The notes beneath the pieces were generated by a model. It saw only the letters and a program-made list of their open reading frames with translations, did not search any database and was not told the origin of the DNA. A stretch of DNA of 32,000 bases, taken from an uncultured Acidobacteriota bacterium. GTDB lineage: Bacteria; Acidobacteriota; Vicinamibacteria; Vicinamibacterales; 2-12-FULL-66-21. The stretch is from NCBI GenBank assembly GCA_963804795.1, contig CAWDRS010000007.1, positions 325,930 to 357,929 on the forward strand. Direction: 5' to 3'. Shown one piece after another: positions 25,606 through 32,000 of the stretch. Position 1 is the first letter of the stretch; each line of letters opens with the position of its first letter. Position numbers and translations under genes: made by a program.

Positions 25606-27135
25606 CTAGGGTTTGACGTCAGGAAGGCGCACGATGACCGTCGTACCGCCATCCGGCGGACACTCGAACCTGATGCTTCCGGCGTGCGCCTCGATCAGCC
25701 GTTTGGCGGTCGGGAGGCCGAGCCCGCTGCCTCCTGATTTCGTGGTGAAGAACGGCGTGAAGATCTTCTCGCGGATATCGGCCGGAATGCCGGGTCCGCT
25801 GTCGCGGAACGAGAGCTGACACCAGCTGTCGGCGGCTTCAACCGACACCCGCAGCACGCCCTTCCCCTGCATCGCCTGTGCGCCGTTCATGAGCAGGTTG
25901 ACGAACACGATCTTCAGGAGCTCCGGATCCGCCAGGACGGGTTGCGCCGTTCCCTGGACCTCCACGCGCATGCTGGCCAGGGCCGGATCGTCGGCGAGGA
26001 GGTTCGCCGAGCTGCTCACCAGAGCACCAAGGTCGACGAGTTGCGGACGTGGATATGGCGGTCGCGCGAAGAGCAGAAGATCCTTGACCAGATCGTTGAG
26101 CCCATCGATGCGGGCGACGATCTCCTTCGCCACCGCCGCGTCCCGGCTCTCCGCCGGCAACCGTCCGCCGATGACCTGCACCGCCCCACGGATCCCCGCA
26201 AGAGGGTTCTTGACCTCGTGCGCGATGAGTGCCGCCATTTCCCCGAGGCGGGCGAGCCCGGCCTGTTCCCGGAGCTGCTCCTCCATGCGGACGCGGGCTG
26301 TGAGGTCGTGAAGGATGCCTGTGAATTGTCGTTCCCCACCACTGCTGATCATTTCGCCGACTGACAAGTGGATGGGGAACGTGGAGCCGTCACGACGGCG
26401 GCCCGTCACCTCACGTCCGATGCCGATGATCTTCTGGACGCCGGTCTCGCGGTATCGCGCGAGATAGCTATCGTGCGCCTCGCGGTGCGGCGATGGCATC
26501 AGGATGCTGACGTTCTGGCCGATGACCTCCTGTTCGCCGTAGCCGAACAGCCGCTCGGCTGCCGGGTTGAATGCCGCAATCTGGCCGTTGGCGCCGATCA
26601 CGATGATGCCGTCGACAGCGGAATCGATGATCGACCGCCAGCGTGCCTCGCTCGCGCGCAGGCGCTCCTCGAGCTCCACGCGCGCGCTCAGATCGTGCAG
26701 GATGCCCGTAAACTTCCGCTCGCCGCTTACCGACATCTCGCCCACCGACAGGTGAACCGGAAACACGCTGCCGTCTCGCCGCAATCCGCTGACTTCGCGT
26801 CCCTTGCCGATGATCTTCGCGACGCCCGTGGTGATGTAGTGTGCGAGATAGGAGTCGTGCTCCTCGCGATACGGCGGGGGCATCAACACACTCACGTTGC
26901 GACCCAGCAGCTCGGCTTCGGTGTACCCGAACAACCGTTCCGCCGCAGGATTGAACGCCTCGATGCACCCGTGAGCGTCGATGACCACGATGCCATCGAC
27001 GGCGGACTCGACGATCGATCGCCACCGCACGTCGCTCTCCCGCGACGAGAGCTCGACGTGATTAGGGGCCGGGATGTTCCTGGAGCTGGCGGGATCGTCC
27101 ATCTGGTTGGTGTGCTTCGTCACCCGCGCGGGCAT
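25606..27135 (-). CDS. Soluble sensor histidine kinase with two tandem FixL-like (heme-type) PAS domains
   Basis: Only the C-terminal 509 aa of the 1022-aa track ORF look genuine (start ATG 27135, or 27102). There are two PAS repeats of about 128 aa, each with ..LMP.P.RE.HDSYL..Y..TG...IIG.GREV.G.RRDGS.FP.HLSVGEM. These are followed by the H-box LIAHEVKNPL and an HATPase domain (GSGLGLPTAKRLIE). Confidence 0.9.
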   Translation of the reverse strand: MPARVTKHTNQMDDPASSRNIPAPNHVELSSRESDVRWRSIVESAVDGIVVIDAHGCIEAFNPAAERLFGYTEAELLGRNVSVLMPPPYREEHDSYLAHYITTGVAKIIGKGREVSGLRRDGSVFPVHLSVGEMSVSGERKFTGILHDLSARVELEERLRASEARWRSIIDSAVDGIIVIGANGQIAAFNPAAERLFGYGEQEVIGQNVSILMPSPHREAHDSYLARYRETGVQKIIGIGREVTGRRRDGSTFPIHLSVGEMISSGGERQFTGILHDLTARVRMEEQLREQAGLARLGEMAALIAHEVKNPLAGIRGAVQVIGGRLPAESRDAAVAKEIVARIDGLNDLVKDLLLFARPPYPRPQLVDLGALVSSSANLLADDPALASMRVEVQGTAQPVLADPELLKIVFVNLLMNGAQAMQGKGVLRVSVEAADSWCQLSFRDSGPGIPADIREKIFTPFFTTKSGGSGLGLPTAKRLIEAHAGSIRFECPPDGGTTVIVRLPDVKP

Positions 27136-27245
27136 CACTCGCGTGGCGCGTCGAGCGCAGATGCGTGAACGCTGCGCAGCGAGGGATACGAGCGCCGGCC
27201 GGAGCCGAAATCGTATCACTACGCGAACAGTCGGATGGAGCGGCG

Positions 27246-27716
27246 TCACCAGGATCGCAGGGCGATCGACAAGACAGCCGCTGCCGCGACGACAGCCAGT
27301 GTCCCGGCCACGATGGTTCGGAATTTCGATCCCCCGAACGTCAGCGCGACTCCAGTCTTCAGCGTCGTGTTGGCGAGCACGCCAATGGCAATCGCGCGCG
27401 CCGCGACGCCGAGCGACACCTTCGGTGCGACCTCTCTCGCCATCGAGACCGTGAGGGCATCCACGTCCGTCAGCCCGAGCACGGCGGCGGTGGCGACCGT
27501 GCCGGCTTCGCCCCACCGCGACCGGGCCAGGCCGACAACCATGATGACGACCTGGAACAGAATGGCCATCTGAACGGCCGCGGACAGTTGCAGCGGATTG
27601 CGCAACAGCAGACTCCCTGCTTCGTCGCCATCCTGATCCGGCTTGCGGACCCCAACGGCGGCGGCGATGGCCACCACCAGGGCCGGAGCGGCCAGGTACG
27701 GAATCGCCGGAAGCAT
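27246..27716 (-). pseudogene. C-terminal fragment of a DUF4010 (MgtC/SapB-associated) membrane protein gene
   Basis: The sequence ..LLLRNPLQLSAAVQMAILFQVV..AAVLGLTDVDALTVSMA..IAIGVLANTTLK.. matches the distal part of DUF4010 proteins. The MgtC domain and the proximal DUF4010 helices are absent. Homology stops about 45 bp from the divergent ABC gene start. Confidence 0.45.
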
Positions 27717-27795
27717 CAGCGCAGGATTGAGTACGGCGAAGAAAGAAGGCCCACGCGTCCGCCGCCGTTTTCTCGCAATTTGACATACTCGGCGT

Positions 27796-28514
<719 letters not shown>

Positions 28515-28521
<7 letters not shown>

Positions 28522-30899
28522 GGCTGCCGGCTGCCGTTCCTGTTCTCGATCGCAAGCTGTTGAGGGACTTGTGGGAGATGAAGGGACAGTCGCTGGCGAT
28601 TGCGGCCGTGATCGGCGCCGGCGTCGCGATGTTCGTGACGTATCTGTCGAACTTCGATTCACTCCGCCGGACACGAGAGGGGTACTACGAAGGCGCGCGG
28701 TTCGCGGATGTGTTTGCCGCCGTCAAACGCGCGCCGGCCAGCCTCGAGCCGCGTATCGCGGCACTCCCCGGTGTCGAAGTGACGGCGATCCGCGTCGTTG
28801 CGGACGTCACCCTCGACGTGCCCGGCCTGGCGGAGCCGGCTACGGGCCGGCTGATCTCGCTGCCCGAGCGTGGACGGCCGCAATTGAACGACGTGTACCT
28901 GCGGCGCGGCCGGTGGGTGGACGCCGAGCGGCCCGACGAAGTGATTGCGAACGAAGCCTTCGTCGATGCGAACGGGCTGCAACCGGGCAACCGCGTGGCG
29001 GCGGTGATCAACGGCCGCCGCCGGTCGCTCACCATCGTCGGCGTCGGCCTCTCACCCGAATACGTTTACGGCATCAGGCCAGGCGAGATCTTTCCCGACA
29101 AGCGGCGCTTCGGCATCTTCTGGATGGGCCGCCGCGCGCTCGCCTCGGCCTTCGACATGGAGGGCGGGTTCAACGACGTGACGCTCAAGCTGGCCCGCGA
29201 CGCTTCTGCGCCGGAAGTCATCGCCGGGCTGGACCGCCTCACCGCGCCCTACGGAGGACGTGGAGCGATTCCGCAGGCGCTGCAGCCGTCCGCCTGGACG
29301 CTGGACAACGAATTGAGGCAGCTGCAGACGTTCGGATTTCTCGTGCCCCTGATCTTCTTCGGGGTCGCGGCTTTCATTCTGAATGTGGCCCTTGCTCGTG
29401 CGCTCGCGCTTCAGCGTCCGCAGATCGCGGCACTCAAAGCCCTGGGCTACTCCAACCGCGAGCTCGGCTGGCACTACTTGAAATGGGCGATGGTCATCGC
29501 GATGGTCGGCGGATGCGTGGGCGTCGCCGCCGGTGCCTGGCTTGGTTCGGGCATGATTCGGCTCTACAACGAGTTCTTCCGTTTCCCGAATCTGGATTAC
29601 CACCTGTCGTCCGGCGTGGCGGTCGCCTCGGTCCTGGCAAGCCTCGTCTCTGCTGCGGCCGGCGCCCAGTCGGCCGTGCGACGCGCGGTACGCATCGCTC
29701 CGGCCGAGGCGATGCGGCCGGAGGTGCCACCACGCTACAGGGTCAGCGTGTTCGAGCGGATCCGGGGCCGCTCGCGCACGACCATGGCGAGCCGGATGAT
29801 TCTCCGGAACCTGGAGCGGGCGCCGGTCCGTTCGTTCGTGTCGATTCTCGGCATCGCCTTCGCCGTCGCCGTTCTCTTCGTGGGTCTCGCATTCATGGAC
29901 GTCATGAACCTGCTCATCAACGAGCAGTTCGAGCTGTCGATGCGGCAGGACGCCACGGTCAACTTCGTCGAGCCCCGGTCCGTGCGAGCCACGTACGAAG
30001 TCGAGCACCTGCCAGGCGTGATGGACGTCGAGCCACAGCGCAGCGCGCCGGTTCGCCTCCGGAACGGCCCTCGGTCGCGGACGCTTGCGATTGCCGGGGT
30101 GCCGGCTGCCCCGCGGCTGAATCGCATCATCGATCGCGCCGGCGGTCCGGTGCTGCTGCCCGATGATGGCCTGGTGCTTTCGAAAATGCTCGGCGGCCTG
30201 CTCGGTGTCTCGGCGGGGCAGGTGCTGCAGGTGGAAGTGCTCGAGGGCAAGCGCCCGGTCCGCGACGTGCAGGTAGCCGCGCTGGTGGACGACAGCATTG
30301 GCCTCCAGGCCTACATGCGGATCGACGCGCTCCGGCGCCTGCTGCGCGAGGGCGAGGTCGTGACCGGCGCCGCCCTGACCCTCGATCCGGCGCAGACAGG
30401 CCGGTTCTATCGAGAGGTGAAGCTGATCCCGGCAGTCGCCGGCGTCGGCTTGCGAGCCGTCGCCCTTCAGAACTTCCGTGACACGATGGCTGAGAGCATG
30501 AACATCTCGATCCTGTTCAACGTCGGCTTTGCCGCAATCATCGCGTTCGGCGTCGTGTACAACGCAGCGCGCGTGTCGCTGTCGGAGCGGTCCCGGGAGC
30601 TGGCCAGCCTGCGCGTCCTGGGTTTCACGCGCGCGGAGATTTCGCTGATCCTGCTGGGCGAGTTGGCAATCCTCACGATCTGTGCGCTCCCGGTCGGCGC
30701 GGCCATCGGATACGGGCTCGGAGAGCTGATCATCTCCGGCTTCAACAACGAGGTCTATCGACTGTCCTTCGTCGTTTCCAGGTCCACGGCCGCGTGGTCG
30801 TTCCTCATCGTCATCGTCGCGGCGTTCCTTTCGGGTCTCGCCGTCCGCCGCCGGCTCGATCGGCTGGATCTCGTGGCCGTGCTCAAGACGCGCGAGTGA
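28515..30899 (+). CDS. ABC transporter permease with duplicated FtsX domains (MacB-like, about 794 aa)
   Basis: The GTG start overlaps the ATPase stop (GTGGTGA). There are two FtsX-type 4-TM modules (around ..[16 protein letters not shown].. and ..[16 protein letters not shown]..), each preceded by a large extracytoplasmic domain. Confidence 0.9.
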
Positions 30900-30901
30900 G
30901 G

Positions 30902-32000
30902 ATGCGCACGCTGCTCCTGAGCCGTCGCGCCGCGATCGCCCTCCTCGTCGTGGGCGGACTGCTGGCCTTGGCATTCTGGCCGTCCGCCGTGCCCGTTGAT
31001 GTCGGGACCGTGACCCGCGGACCGCTCGTCGTGCCGATTGAAGAGGAAGGGCAGACGCGCGTCCGCGATCGGTATGTCGTCTCGGCGCCGGTCGCCGGAC
31101 GTGTCCTGCGCATCGATCTCGAGCCGGGCGACCGGGTCAAACGCGGCCAGGTCGTCGCGCGTGTGCGGGCGGAGGCACCACCCCTGCTCGACGCCCGGAC
31201 GCGTGCCGAAGCGCAGGCCGCGCTGGAATCGGCGCGTGCGGCGCTCGGCCGCGCACAGGCCGACGAGCAGCGCGCGCGAGCCGCGCTCGCACAGGTGCGG
31301 CGCGAGGCTGCGCGGCTGCGCGAGCTGGCCACCAATCGCGTCGTGTCTGCGCAGGAGCTCGAGGTGAAGGAGGCGGAGCTGCGGACGGCCGAAGAATCGG
31401 CCAACGCCGCGGCGTTTGCCGTTCGGGCAGCGACGTCCGAAGTGGAGCGGACCGGGGCGCGACTGAACCCCTCACCGGCCGACCCAGGCCGCGTCGTCGT
31501 CGTGACGGCGCCGATCGACGGCGTGGTGCTCAAGCGCATGCGCGAGAGCGAGAGTGTCGTGCCGCCCGGCGATCCTCTCCTGGAGGTCGGGGATCCGAAC
31601 CAGCTCGAGATCGTGGCGGATCTGCTGTCGACCGACGCGGTTCGCGTCCGGCCAGGCGCCCGCGCGATGATCGAGGAGTGGGGCGGTCAGAAGACACTCG
31701 ACGCGCGCGTTCGACGGGTTGAACCGGCCGGCTTCACGAAGATCTCGGCGCTCGGCGTGGAGGAGCAGCGCGTCAACGTCATCCTCGACTTCACCGATCC
31801 GGCGGACGCGTGGGCGGCGCTGGGCGATGCGTACCGCGTCGAGGTGCGTATCGTCGAGTGGGAAGCGAACAACGTTCTGAAAGTGCCGACGAGCGCGCTG
31901 TTCCGCGAGGGACCCGAGTGGGCGCTGTATGTCGTTGACAACGGTCGTGCCCGCCGCACGATCGTCAAGCTTGGTCATCAGACCGGGCAGGAGGCGGAGG
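30902..32000 (+). CDS. HlyD-family periplasmic adaptor (partial, continues beyond the window)
   Basis: This ORF is not in the supplied track because there is no stop inside the window. My translation from the ATG at 30902, which is 2 nt after the permease stop, reads: MRTLLLSRRAAIALLVVGGLLALAFW..VSAPVAGRVLRIDLEPGDRVKRGQVVARV.. coiled coil ..VTAPIDGVVLKRMRESESVV.PGDPLLEVGD. Confidence 0.85.
   Translation, partial: MRTLLLSRRAAIALLVVGGLLALAFWPSAVPVDVGTVTRGPLVVPIEEEGQTRVRDRYVVSAPVAGRVLRIDLEPGDRVKRGQVVARVRAEAPPLLDARTRAEAQAALESARAALGRAQADEQRARAALAQVRREAARLRELATNRVVSAQELEVKEAELRTAEESANAAAFAVRAATSEVERTGARLNPSPADPGRVVVVTAPIDGVVLKRMRESESVVPPGDPLLEVGDPNQLEIVADLLSTDAVRVRPGARAMIEEWGGQKTLDARVRRVEPAGFTKISALGVEEQRVNVILDFTDPADAWAALGDAYRVEVRIVEWEANNVLKVPTSALFREGPEWALYVVDNGRARRTIVKLGHQTGQEAE

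Noticed and set aside
27779-27784. A perfect TTGACA hexamer upstream of the ABC ATPase gene, considered as a -35 box.
   Set aside because: It lies only 11 nt before the ATG at 27796, so a matching -10 would fall inside the coding sequence. It is not usable for that start unless the real start is further downstream, which I cannot support.

Overview
This is a GC-rich chromosomal segment, by eye about two-thirds G+C. The gene content suggests a soil bacterium, possibly Acidobacteriota-like, but that is inference only. I recognise about 25 protein-coding genes or gene remnants and no rRNA, tRNA, CRISPR array, transposase or integrase.

From left to right the window contains:
- a type-1-copper cupredoxin lipoprotein
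- a 3' remnant of a uroporphyrinogen-III methyltransferase-like gene
- a B12-binding radical SAM enzyme
- a CPA2/Kef-type antiporter with TrkA domains
- a broken cytochrome c-like gene
- a palindromic repeat cluster
- a YciI-like gene
- a YncE-like beta-propeller
- a three-gene heavy-metal-type RND efflux operon (OMF, MFP, CzcA/CusA-family pump)
- two small envelope proteins
- a decayed phosphoesterase gene
- a putative beta-barrel protein
- a class-III aminotransferase with an extra C-terminal domain
- a heptamer tandem repeat
- a SAM methyltransferase
- a CheY-like receiver
- an EEP-family nuclease/phosphatase
- a frameshifted GH13 glycosidase
- a VOC-family protein
- a soluble histidine kinase with two FixL-like PAS domains
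- a truncated DUF4010 gene
- a MacB-like ABC module (ATPase, double-FtsX permease, HlyD adaptor running off the window)

Most noteworthy observations:
1. A 32-codon ORF, too short for the supplied track, has a consensus SD and an ATGA overlap with the radical SAM gene. It is a candidate substrate or leader peptide.
2. There are at least five frame breaks in conserved genes. This means either indel-prone consensus sequence or real gene decay.
3. A (TGAACCY)x10 repeat carries a canonical G-quadruplex motif between convergent genes.
4. The orphan kinase has two tandem PAS domains that both carry the heme-type signature.
5. An aminotransferase is fused to a GNAT-like domain.

I found no convincing defence, secretion or mobile-element system. 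All family assignments come from motif recognition by eye, not from database searches.
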